From Mobula birostris (Eukaryota): a stretch of 64,000 bases of DNA. The notes below the pieces were generated by a model. The model ran no database searches and was not told the DNA's origin. It saw nothing but the letters and a program-made list of their open reading frames with translations. The DNA lies in assembly GCF_030028105.1 (NCBI RefSeq), contig NC_092383.1, positions 97,611,604 through 97,675,603 on the forward strand, written 5' to 3'. Shown piece after piece: positions 49,446-60,823 of this stretch (its first letter is position 1; each line of letters begins with the position of its first letter). Both the position numbers and the translations under genes were made by a program.

Positions 49446-50548
49446 ATGGAGAATTGGTTAGCAGACAGGAAGCAAAGAGTGGGAATAAACGGGACCTATT
49501 CAGAATGGCAGGTGGTGACTAGTGGGGTACCGCAAGGCTCAGTGCTGGGACCCCAGTTGTTTACAATATATATTAATGACTTGGATAAGGGAATTAAATG
49601 CAGCATCTCCAAGTTTGCGGATGACACGAAGCTGGGTGGCAGTGTTAGCTGTGAGGAGGATGCTAAGAGGATGCAGAGTGACTTGGGTAGGTTGGGTGAG
49701 TGGGCAAATTCATGGCAGATGCAATTTAATGTGGATAACTGTGAAGTTATCCACTTTGGTGGCAAAAATAGGAAAACAGATTATTATCTGAATGGTGGCC
49801 GATTAGGAAAAGGGGAGGTGCAACGAGACCTGGGTGTCATTATACACCAGTCATTGAAAGTGGGCATGCAGGTACAGTAGGCGGTGAAAAAGGCGAATGG
49901 TATGCTGGCATTTATAGCGAGAGGATTCGAGTCCAGGAGCAGGGAGGTACTACTGCAGTTGTACAAGGCCTTGGTGAGACCACACCTGGAGTATTGTGTG
50001 CAGTTTTGGTCCCCTAATCTGAGGAAAGACATCCTTGCCATAGAGGGAGTACAAAGGAGGTTCACCAGATTGATTCCTGGGATGGCAGGACTTTCATATG
50101 AAGAAAGACTGGATGAACTGGGCTTGTACTCCTTGGAATTTAGAAGATTGAGGGGGGATCTGATTGAAACGTATAAGATCCTAAAGGGATTGGACAGGCT
50201 AGATGCAGGAAGATTGTTCCCGATGTTGGGGAAGTCCAGAACGAGGGATTACAGTTTGAGGATAAAGGGGAAGCCTTTTAGGACTGAGATTAGGAAAAAC
50301 TTCTTCACACAGAGAGTGGTGAATCTGTGGAATTCTCTGCCACAGGAAACAGTTGAGGCCAGTTCATTGGCTATCTTTAAGAGGGAGTTAGATATGGCCC
50401 TTGTGGCTACGGGGATCAGGGGGTATGGAGGGAAGGCTGGGGCGGGGTTCTGAGTTGGATGATCAGCCATGATCATAATAAATGGCGGTGCAGGCTCGAA
50501 GGGCCGAGTGGCCTACTCCTGCACCTATTTTCTATGTTTCTATGTTTC
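49446..50548 (+). mobile_element. CR1 (HER1-like) LINE, 5'-truncated, same young subfamily as 5570-7150
   Basis: ORFs 49446..49880 and 49884..50453 are split by one TAG; (ttctatgt)n tail. Confidence 0.95.
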
Positions 50549-50811
50549 TAATTGGCGCACCGGATGGAGGAGCGTGTTTAAGTCGTCAAAATACTTTGAG
50601 GTGGCCCGCGGATTTGAAGTGAAAGTCGACCCTAATCTCATTAAATCGGGGTTGCAGTGGAGTCGCAGCGGAGCAGGAAGCGTGAGGGGAGATGATGGAA
50701 CAATCCTTGGGGCACAGCGACAGCACGGAACCTCACTAGAGAAACATTTTCACACCCTGTTTATGGATTATGACGGTCATATGGGTCACAAGAGATATCC
50801 TCGAAGTTTCC

Positions 50812-51949
50812 TCAGCTTCTTTTACACTGGATGCACTTTGCGATCAGTGCCATCGCCGATTTCAGATGAGCTTTCAGCTGATCGCTGAACTTATTCTGGA
50901 TCATGGCGTAAAGAAAAGTATTTGTGCAGCAACTCGGGATCTTCAGCATCAAGCCCAGTTCTTGCAGGAAAGTGGCTAGATTTGTAGACACCAAATTCAA
51001 ACAATATAATCTGTACCGAATATAATACACTGTATACAGCGCCCATAAGAATATGAAATTACCGGAGATGACCAGCAGGAAAATGAGGGATTTCCTTCGG
51101 CTCTCCATCTCTGGGTCTTTAGGACACTCGCCACATCTCATAATCTTGAGCCTCTCGCGGGCAGCGCTGGCTGCTAAAACGTGTTAGATTATTGAAGCAT
51201 TGAGTAGCAGAACCAGCACAAATGGGACCACTAACAACAGGAATTCTGCAGATGCTAGAAATTCAAACAACACACATCAAAATTGCTGGTGAACGCAGCA
51301 GGCCAGGCAGCATCTCTAGGAAGAGAGACAGTCGACGTTTCAGGCCGAGACCCTTCGTCAGGATCTTCGAAGGGTCTCGGCCTGAAACGTCGACTGTATC
51401 TCTTCCTAGAGATGCTGCCTGGCCTGCTGCGTTCACCAGCAACTTTCAAATGGGACCACTGGCGTGAGGAAATAATAAAGGATCTCAATTCCTCCCCAGG
51501 TCGTTGAATCCAGCACTCCCTCCCTTTCACGACAGAACCAAGGGTCCTGCAGAAGAAGTTATTGGCCCGTCAGCATAAAATACTAGAAAATATTCTTCAA
51601 ACAGCTCAACACAATCACTGCTGCCAAAACCACGGCCGCCGTTCTCGCGATGCAATGTTTGCTTTTCAGTTTCGAGTAACCGATAGCCACACTTCGATCG
51701 AATGTGAAAACGACGGTGAAGCAAACCGAACAGTCGGTAGATGCATAAAGAACGGCGTGCATATTACACAGAGGGATGGAATACATGAAAGCAAACTGCC
51801 TGCTATACAGAATCGGAATTTGGCTGAGTATCAGATCGAAAAAAAAATAACGTACAGGTCAGCCGCGGCCATGGCCAAAGGGTATAAAGAGACACAGTTT
51901 GAAACACCGCACTTTCGCCGAGATAGGATCACAATCGTCACCACATTTG
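50812..51949 (-). pseudogene. GPR139/GPR142-like class A GPCR pseudogene, main exon (TM1 end to C-terminus)
   Basis: Acceptor ttttctctacacacag|; ANVVTIVILSRRKCG..AMAAADL..DCSVCFTVVFTFDRSVAI..DPWFC..TPVVPFVLVLLLNA..DPEMESRRKSLIFLLVISGNF..SCCTNTFLYAMIQ. Lesions: frameshift at the A9 run 51839-51847, stops at 51583-85, 51559-61 and 51184-86, and an insertion in TM5. Exon 1 not found. Confidence 0.9.
51233..51446. mobile_element. Fold-back mini-Penelope element with perfect 14-bp TSD, inside the GPCR TM5 codons
   Basis: 79-bp arms 51279-51357 / 51368-51446 (2 mismatches); TSD caaatgggaccact at 51219-51232 and 51447-51460. Confidence 0.92.
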
Positions 51950-53587
51950 CTGTGTGTAGAGAAAATAAGAACAGGTAAAATAGATCATATTTGAGACCAT
52001 TTTAAATATTCGGACGTCCGCTGAAAAATAATCGTGTTTTTGAAAGTCCATGCGTTACTGCTCGTGTGTATTCGACCACAAAGATAATACTCCTTTCCAC
52101 GTGTATTTTGCTCAATTCTTTGTCAATCTCCCGGTATATAAGTCTCAGGGGAAAAAAAAGAATTCCATGAAATATCTATCTCAATCAAAACCTTTGCAAA
52201 TCGATATCCATAAACACCAGAGGGAGGAAAGATGCTATACATCTTGAGCAAAACAAATATAATGCCGGAGGAATTCAGGCAACATTCAAAGCTTAAAATA
52301 GATTCATTACCAAATATTTATGTTGTATACAAACCTGAAACTCATCTTCTTATAGGGAACCACAAAAAAAATAATCTAATTAGGACCCATTGAAAGACGC
52401 CACAGAAGAAAAGCATCAATCACTCAATGTGTGAAAAGGAATAAATCGTGAAAACAATATAATGTTAGCAAATAAGACACAGACATGAACTGCAGAGTCC
52501 CCGAAAGTGAGTGCGCAGTCTTGAAACCAGTTCAGGGCTGAGGCAAATGCAGTTCATTGCGGAGCGCGTCTGCAGCAGCAGCTCAGAGCTGAAGGGCCTT
52601 GATCAAATGGCTTAAGTAGTTTTTTAAGAAGTGCAAAAACACATGAAACATGAGCTGCAGAGACCTGTTTAGCGCTGAGGCGAGTGAAGCCCGACCAGGA
52701 ACCCGATGACTGCAGGGCAACAATTGCTCCGGAACCTGCCGTTGCGTGATGGTCGCATCGGAAAGAGAGCGAGTCTGGTCACACGCAAGCACTCGGCGCT
52801 GAGCACCTGCACTCATCCTCGACGATTTAGCTCTTGTTCTCGAATTTAATCGAAGCGGAGTAATGGAGCCGATCACAGCTGGGCTTCTACTGTGATGTAC
52901 GGACGCAGCGAGCTCCCCTAGGGATGGTGGGTACGGATCGAGAGCCAATATCTATGAACATTGCAAAATATGCCGACCGAGATCCTTCCCCAGGATTGGA
53001 AATGAAGCAGGTAGGTTCCAGAAAAAGTGGCGGAGGTGAGAGGACTACTGCCCCGTATTAGCACAGACTCCTTAGAAAGCGATGTAGTTTCCATTTGGGC
53101 CGTATCGCTGTAATGATTATCCAATGCCCTGTGGAATCACTACTCTGGACTATTGAAGTCATCTTGTGCCTCCATCAAAGAGGAATTACAATTTGACCAA
53201 AGATATCATTCGTAACCGACCGGAGAAAAACGTCATAAAAACAGTATAAATATAAAACATATATATCTGGAAGGGTAACATTTAAGACGCCTTACAGTGT
53301 GAATGACGGATCGAAAGGGAGTTGGCGAGAGAGAAAAAGATAGAGAAAACGAGACAGACAGAGAGAGATTGTAATGGGGTGAAAAAACTGAGAAATTAAT
53401 CAATATGAATGTCTTAACGGAAAGCACAATTTCGCATATATGTGACAATCAAGATTCTTCTGGATAGCAAGGTGAACAAAGTGATTATGATTCTGATCGG
53501 TACGAGAGAATTTGCCAATTTTTGAGATCACACCTGCTCAGTACCTGGAGCACTGCATTCGGGACGCTTTACAACAATAACTATTCA

Positions 53588-54215
53588 GATAGATAGATAA
53601 ATAGATCTACTTTATTGATCCCGAGGGAAATTGGGTTTCGTTACAGCTAAACCAACCAAGAATAGAGCATAAATATAGCAATACAAAAACCACAAACAAT
53701 CAAACAACAAATGCAAACTATGCCAGATGGAAATAAGTCCAGGACCAGCCCATCGGCTCAGGGTGTCTGACCCTCCACGGGAGGAGCTGCAAAGTTCGAT
53801 GGCCACAGGCAGGAACAAACTCCCATGACGCCCAGTGTTGTATCTCGGTGGAATATGGCCGGAGTCCAACAGCAAACAGTTCAATATCCGGTCTACAAAC
53901 CAGTTAACAGCAAACAGAATCATTAAGTAACATGTCATATTACATGTGATACAACACTTGGCGGCACGGGAGGTCGTTCCTGCCTGTGGCCATCGAACTT
54001 GCAGCTCCTCCCGTGGAGGGTCAGACATCCTGAGCCAATAGACTGGTCCTGGACTTATTTTCCATCTGGCATAGTTTGCATTTGTTGTTTGATTGTTTGT
54101 GGTTTTTGTATTGCTATACTTACGCTCTATTCTTGGTTGGTGCGGCTGTAACCAAACCAAATTTCCCTCGGGATTAATAAAGTATATCTATCTATCTATC
54201 TGTCTATCTATCTAT
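53588..54215. mobile_element. Two Rex-Babar 3' ends head to head (long inverted repeat)
   Basis: Arms about 53588-53844 (-) and 53948-54215 (+), both ending in AATAAA plus (ctat)n tails. Confidence 0.85.
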
Positions 54216-54289
54216 ATTAGCTGGTGTTTTTCCACGTTGATAACGACAGGCGGATAAAACAATAGAAACAACTGACGGGTCACTGAAAT

Positions 54290-54390
54290 TGCTAACACAC
54301 AGAAAATACTGGAGGAAATCAGCAGGCCAGGCAGCATCTATGGAAAACAGCCGGCGTTTCAGGCCGAGACCCTTCATCAGGACTTGCTAG
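54290..54390 (-). mobile_element. Penelope terminal repeat with hammerhead core
   Basis: On - strand: agtc-ctgatga-agggtctcggcct-gaaa-cgcc-ggct; cleavage-site U replaced by C. Confidence 0.75.
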
Positions 54391-54687
54391 CTTTGCGTAA
54401 GAAGTAGAATTGATAAAACGACCATAAGAATGTAAAATACAACTACTGTGAAATAGAATTGAGCAGAATTTAATTAGGAAAATACATTTTTGCTTGAATC
54501 GCCAATTGAACTTCGCTAGGATATGGCTTGTCAAATGGATCCCAGTGAATTTGCGGTGGTGTTTAAATTCTCAGAAGGCTTTCAGTAAGCCTTTTACGTG
54601 ATATTGGTCAACAACCTGGAGCTCATAGAATTGGCAGCAATGTAACGACGTGAACTGGGAATTGGTTATTCAAATGAACGAAAAGAA

Positions 54688-55512
54688 ACCATAGAAACCA
54701 TAGAAAAACTACAGCACAGAAACAGGCCTTTTGGCCCTTCTTGGCTGTGCCGAACCATTTTCTGCCTAGTCATACTGACCTGCACACGGACCATATTCCT
54801 CCATACACCTCCCATCCATGTATCTGTCCAATTTATTCTTAAATGTTAAAAAAGAATCCGCATTTACGACCTCGTCTGGCAGCTCATTCCATACTCCCAC
54901 CACTCTCTGTGTGAAGAAGCCCCCCCCCAATGTTCCCTTTAAACTTTTCCCCCCTCACCCTTAACCCATGTCCTCTTTTTTTTTTCTCCCCTTGCCTCAG
55001 TGGAAAAAGCCTGCTTGCATTCACTGTATCTATACCCATCATAATTTTATATACCCCTATCAAATCTCCCCTCATTCTTCTACGCTCCAGGGAATAAAAT
55101 CCTAACCTATTCAACCTTTCTCTGTAACTGAGTTTCTCAAGTCCCAGCAACATCCTTGTAAACCTTCTCTGCACTCTTTCAATCTTATTTATATCCTTCC
55201 TATACTTTGGTGACCAAAACTGAACACAATACTCCAGATTCGGCCTCACCAATGCCTTATACAACCTCATCATAACATTCCAGCTCTTATACTCAATACT
55301 TCGATTAATAAAGGCCAATGTACCAAAAGCTCTCTTTACGACCCTATCTACCTGTGACGCCACTTTTAGGGAATTTTGTATCTGTATTCCCAGATCACTC
55401 TGTTCTACTGCAGTCCTCAGTGCCTTACCATTAACCCTGTATGTTCTACCTTGGTTTGTCCTTCCAACGTGCAATACCTGACACTTGTCTGTATCAAACT
55501 CCATCTGCCATT
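54688..55512 (-). mobile_element. CR1 3' fragment, same young subfamily as 12968-15662
   Basis: ORF 54884..55504 is nearly identical to the C-terminus of ORF 13051..14646. Confidence 0.95.
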
Positions 55513-55514
55513 TT

Positions 55515-55649
55515 CTTGCTTAAAATATTAAAGAAATATGTCATCTTTAACTTTATGCCTTTTGGAAATCAGTTCATCTTTTAGTCGCTTAGCTATTCGC
55601 AGTAATAGAAACTTTGACCGGGGTGTCCAAACTTTTGCATATCACTGTA
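55515..55649. mobile_element. Tc1/mariner-like terminal fragment
   Basis: Ends gggtgtccaaacttttgcatatcactgta (reverse complement of the TACAGTG.. Tc1-type TIR). Confidence 0.45.
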
Positions 55650-55739
55650 TGTTGTTATGTATGGTTTTTGTAAAGTCCTATCGCATTTATTTATTTTGCA
55701 AAAAATGCTCGCCCCTCCGACAAAATGCAATAGGTTTCA

Positions 55740-56470
55740 ATAGGTACATTTAAAGTCAGAAATGTGTACAATATACATCCTGACATTCTTCATCTTCGCA
55801 AACATCCACGAAAACAGAGAAGTGCCCCGAAGAATAAATGACAATTAAATGTTAGAACCCCAAAGGCCCCTCAGCTCCCCTTTCCCACGCATAAGCAGAA
55901 ACAAGGCAACAGTCCCCCCACCAGCAAAAATCAGCGGCAACCCCACTGAGAACTCAAGCGTGCAGCAAGGCACCAATAAAAATATAGACTTGTAGTACCC
56001 AAAGGCTACTTGTTCATCCGATAACTCGACATACCTCATGCTCTCTCTCTCTCTCTCTCCCTAAAGGAAAAAGAGGTGTCCTCGTTTCACAGCAAGAGGG
56101 GAGACATAACAAAACAACTCGCTGATTCATGGCGTTAAAAAGTCTGTTGTATCGCTTCTTCCGAGCTCTGTGCTCAAAGAACTCGGGCCTCCGCACATAC
56201 AGCCGGAAAGCAGCTCACCGCTTTCACTGCTTTCGATCTTCCGTCTCCCACGACACACCAGTTGTCTGCGACGGCACCGACCTCGAATCCGCCCGCTTCC
56301 TGGGGCCAGGAAATCCCTGAAGCCTGAAGGCGCGCTCGTCTTCTAGGCAGCGTCGTTGACATATCAAATAGCGGCCAGTCGTGAGACCCCGAGAGCGCGT
56401 CCCATTTCCGCAAAAGGTCAGGGTCTTCAAAATAACCCTGGAAGGGGAAAATAGAGATATTAAAAAATAT
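55740..56470 (-). mobile_element. Unclassified non-LTR 3'-end family
   Basis: Homologous to 11385-11745 and, in reverse, 17690-18127. Confidence 0.55.
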
Positions 56471-56624
56471 AGAAATAGAGCTGTTTCTGTCAATGCAAGC
56501 AAAGGAGTCGCGGTTAGGCGCTATCGTCCTCCTAAGCTCCGCCCCATTAACGCAGTAAATAGCAACTTTGCATTAGGAACAATTACGAGGAAGCTGCCTG
56601 GATTTGGGAGCATGTCATTTTCTT

Positions 56625-59600
56625 CGGCAGTTGAACGGGGCAGGACTGCGCAAGCGCGTGTAAGTCGGACCGTGAGGCAGCGGGAGTATTTAAAAGTGAG
56701 AAGATTAACGGAGGGGGCGACGGAGTAGAGGGAGACAGAGTAGGAAGGTTTTGGCTCCCGAGGCTTCGGCGAGCAGTGGCTGAGGAAAATCTTCACTCCA
56801 AGTGAGGCAAGGCTGGGTAAGTTCCTTTAATAAATCTAATTACCTTAAGAGCAGGTAATGGAGGCAGCTGTTAGGGCAGTTGAGTGCTCCGTTTGCAGGA
56901 TGTGGGAAGTCAGGGCGAGCACAATCGCCCCTGATAACTACACCTGCGAAAGGTGCATCCAGCTGCAGCTCCTGACAAACCGAGTTAGGGAACGGGAACT
57001 GGAACTGGAGCTGGATGAACTTCAGATCATTTGGGAGGCAGAGGCAGAAATAGAGAGGAGTTACAGGGAGATAGTCACCCCTAAGAGTCAGGAGACAGGT
57101 AGCTGGGTGACTGTCAGGAGAGGGAAGGGGAATAGACAGAATGAGCAGAGCACTCCTGTGGCCGTTCCCACCACAAATAAGTACATCGTTTTGGATACTG
57201 TTGATGGGGACGACCTACCAGGGACAAGTTGCAGTGGTAGCGTTTCTGGCACTGAGACGGGACCCTCAACTCAGAAGAGAAGGAGGGAAAAGATGAGAGC
57301 AGTAGTGATTGAGGATTCGATAGTTAGGGGGACAGAAAAGAAGTTCTGTGAAAGAGATCGAGAATCCCGGATGGTCTGTTGCCTCTCTGGTGCCAAGGTC
57401 AACGATATCTCGGATCGAGTTCTTGGTATTCTCAAGAGGGAGGGTGAGCAGCTGGATGTCGTGGTCCATGTAGGGACAAATGGCGTGGGTAGGAAGAGTG
57501 AGGAGGTCCTGAAAGGTGAGTGTAGGAAGGTAGGCGCCAAGTTAAAAGGACAGGTCCTCCAGGATAGCAATTTCAGGATTGCTAGTAGTGCCACGTTCAG
57601 GCCGGTTTAGAAATAGTAAGGTAGCGCAGATCAACACGTGGCTGAAGACGTGGGGCAGGAGAGAGGGCTTCAGATTTATAGATAATTGGGCAGTTTTCCA
57701 GAGAAGGTGGGACCTGTTCCGGCGGGACGATCTACATCTGAACAGGAAGGGGACAAATATTCTTGCAGGTAGGTTCGGTAGATAGGCTCCGGTGTATTTA
57801 AACTAGATACGAGGGGGTAAGGGAACCAGAGTGTAGGAACGGATGTAAGGAAGAAGAAAGAAGAAGAAAGAAAAAGAAAATAGTAAAGTTGTTTGCACGG
57901 TTAGTAGATAACCAGAGAGTAAGAGGTGGAAGATTTCTTAAATGCATTTATTTTAATGCTAGGAGCATTATAAGAAAGGTGCATGAGCTTAAAGCATAGA
58001 TTGATACCTGGAAGTATGGTGTGGTAGCTATTAGTGAAACATGGTTACAGGAGGGGTGTGATTGGCAACTAAATATTCCTGGGTTTAATTGCTTCAGGTG
58101 TGATAGAATCAGAAGGACAAGAGGGGGAGGTGTTGCATTGCTTGTCAGAGAAAATATTACAGTGATGCTCTGGCAGGATAGATTAGAGGGCTCATCTAGG
58201 GAGGCTATTTGGGTGCAATTGAGGAATAGGAAAGGTGTAGTAACACTTATAGGGGTGTATTATAGACCACCTAATGAGGACCGAGAATTGGAGGAGCAAA
58301 TTTGTAAGAAGATAGCAGATATTTGTAGTAAGCACAACGTTGCGATTGTGGGAGATTTTAATTTTCCACACATAGACTGGGAGGTCCATACTGTAAAAGG
58401 GCTGGATGGTTTGGGGTTTGTAAAATGTGTGCAGGATCGTTCTTTGCAGCAATACATACAGGTACCAACGAGAGAAGGGGCAGTGTTGGATCTCCTGTTC
58501 GGGAATGAGATAGGTCAGGTGATGGAGGTTTGTGTTGGGGAGCACTTTGCGTCCAGTGATCACAATGCTATCATTTTCAATATCGTTGTAGAGAAAGATA
58601 GGTCTGGACCCAGGGTTGAGATTTTTGATTGGAGAAAGGCTAACTTTGAGGAGATACGAAAGGATTTAGAAGGAGTGGATTGGGACAATTTGTTTTATGG
58701 GAAGAATGTAATAGAGAAATGGAGGTCATTTAAAAGTGAAATTTTGAGAGTACAGGATCTTTATGTTCCTGTTAGGTTGAAAGGAAAGGTTAAAAGTTTG
58801 AGAAAGCCATGGTTTTCGAGGGATATTGGAAACTTGGTTTGGAAAAAGAGAGATATCTAAAATAAATATAGGCAGCGTGGAGTAAATGAAGTGCTTGAGG
58901 AATATAAAGAATGTAAAAAGAATCTTAAGAAAGAAATTAGAAAAGCTAAAAGAAGATACGAGGTTGCTTCGGCAATAAGGTGAAAATAAATCCCAATGGT
59001 TTCTACCGTTATAGTAATAGCAAAAGGATAGTGAGGGATAAAATTGGTCCCTTAGAGAATTGGTCCCTGAGTCGACTGCTATGTGTGGAGCCAAAAGAGA
59101 TGGGGGAGATTCTGAACAATTTCTTTCGTTCGGTATTCACTAAGGAGGAGGATATTGGATTGCATAAGACAAGGGAAATAGGTAAGGATTTATGGAAACT
59201 ATGATGACTAAAGAAGAGGAGCTTTTAAGGAATATAAAAGTGGATAGGTCTCCGGGTCCTGACAGGATATTCCCTAGGACCTTGAGGGAAGTTAGTGCGG
59301 AAATAGCAGGGGTTCTGACAGTAATATTTCAAATGTCATTAGAAACGGTGATAGTGCCGGAGGATTGGCGTATTGCTCATGTTGTTCCATTGTTTAAAAA
59401 GGGTTCTAAGAGTAAGCCTAGCAATTATCAGCCTGTGAGTTTGACGTCAATGGTGGGTAAATTGATGGAAAGTATTCTTAGATATGGTATATATAATTAT
59501 CTGGATAGACAGGGTCTGATGAGGAACAGTCAACATGGATTTGTGCGGGGAAGGTCATGTTTGACAAATCTTACTGAATTTTTGAAGAGGTTATTTGGAA

Positions 59601-60823
59601 AGTTGACGAGGGTAAAGCGGTGGATGTTGTCTATATCGACTTCAGTAAGGTCTTTGACAAGGTCACACACGGAAGTTTAGTTAGGGAGGTTCAATCGTTA
59701 GGTATTAATATTGAAGTAGTAAAATGGATTCAGCAGTGGCTGGATGGGCCACGCCATAGAGTAGTGGTGGATAAATATTTGTCAAATTGGAGGCCGGTGA
59801 CTAGTGGTGTGCCTCAGGGATCTGTACTGGGTCCAATGTTACTTGTCATATACATTAATGATCTGGATGATGGGGTGGTAAATTGGATGAGTAGGTATGC
59901 AGATGATACTAAGATATGTGGCGTTGTGGAAAATGAAGTAGGTTTCCAAAGCCTGCAGAGAGATTTAGGCCAGTTAGAAGAGTGGGCTGAAAGATGGCAG
60001 ATGGAGTCTAATGCTGATAAATGTGAGGTGCTACATTTTGGTAGGACTAATCAAAATGGGACATACATGGTAAATGGTAGGGCATTGAAAAATGCAGTAG
60101 AACAGAGCGATCTAGGAATAATGGTACATAGTTCCCTGAATGTGGAATCTCATCTGGATAGAGTGGTGAAGAAAGCTTTTGGTATTCTGGTCTTTATAAA
60201 TCAGAGCGTTGAGTATAGGAGTTGGCATGTAATGTTGAAATTGTACAAGGCATTGGTGAGGCCAAATTTGGAGTATTGTGTACAGTTTTGGTCACCGAAT
60301 TATAGGAAGGATGTCAACAAAATAGATAGAGTACAGAGAAGATTTACTAGAATGTTACCTGGGTTTCATCACCTAAGTTACAGAGAAAGGTTGAATAAGT
60401 TGAGTCTTTATTCTTTGGAGCGTAGAAGGTTGAGGGGGGACTTGATAGAGGTATTTAAAATTATGAAGGGGATAGATAGAGTTGACGTGAATAGGCTTTT
60501 TCCATTGAGAGTGGGGGAGATTCAAACAAGAGGACATGAGTTGAGAGTTTAAGGGCAAACGTTTAGGGGTAACATGAGGGGTAACTTCTTTACTCAGAGA
60601 GTGGTAGCTGTGTGGAACGAGCTTCCAGCAGAAGTGGTTGAGGCAGGTTCGATGTTGTCATTTAAAGTTAAATTGGACAGCTATATGACAGGAAAGGAAT
60701 GGAGGGTTATGGGCTGAGTGCAGGTCGGTGGGACTAGGTGAGAGTAAGAGTTCAGCACGGACTAGAAGGGCCGAGATGGCCTGTTTCCGTGCTGTAATTG
60801 TTATATTGTTATATGGTTATATG
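56625..60823 (+). mobile_element. Full-length CR1 LINE: 5' UTR, ORF1 (Zn finger/coiled coil + SGNH esterase, about 56858-57806), ORF2 (APE-RT, about 57930-60720), tail
   Basis: ORF1 CSVC..CERC, VVIEDSIVRG, VHVGTN; ORF2 pieces 58021, 58980, 59192 and 59620 with several frameshifts; (ttatatgg)n tail. 5' end approximate. Confidence 0.93.

Noticed and set aside
50469-50979. + strand ORFs 50469..50888 and 50770..50979 as genes
   Set aside because: They overlap a CR1 tail and the antisense of the GPCR C-terminus; no recognisable domain.
52918-53124. ORF as exon 1 of the GPR139-like gene
   Set aside because: TTG start, no TM1 YYP-like motif and no suitable phase-1 donor; exon 1 remains unidentified.
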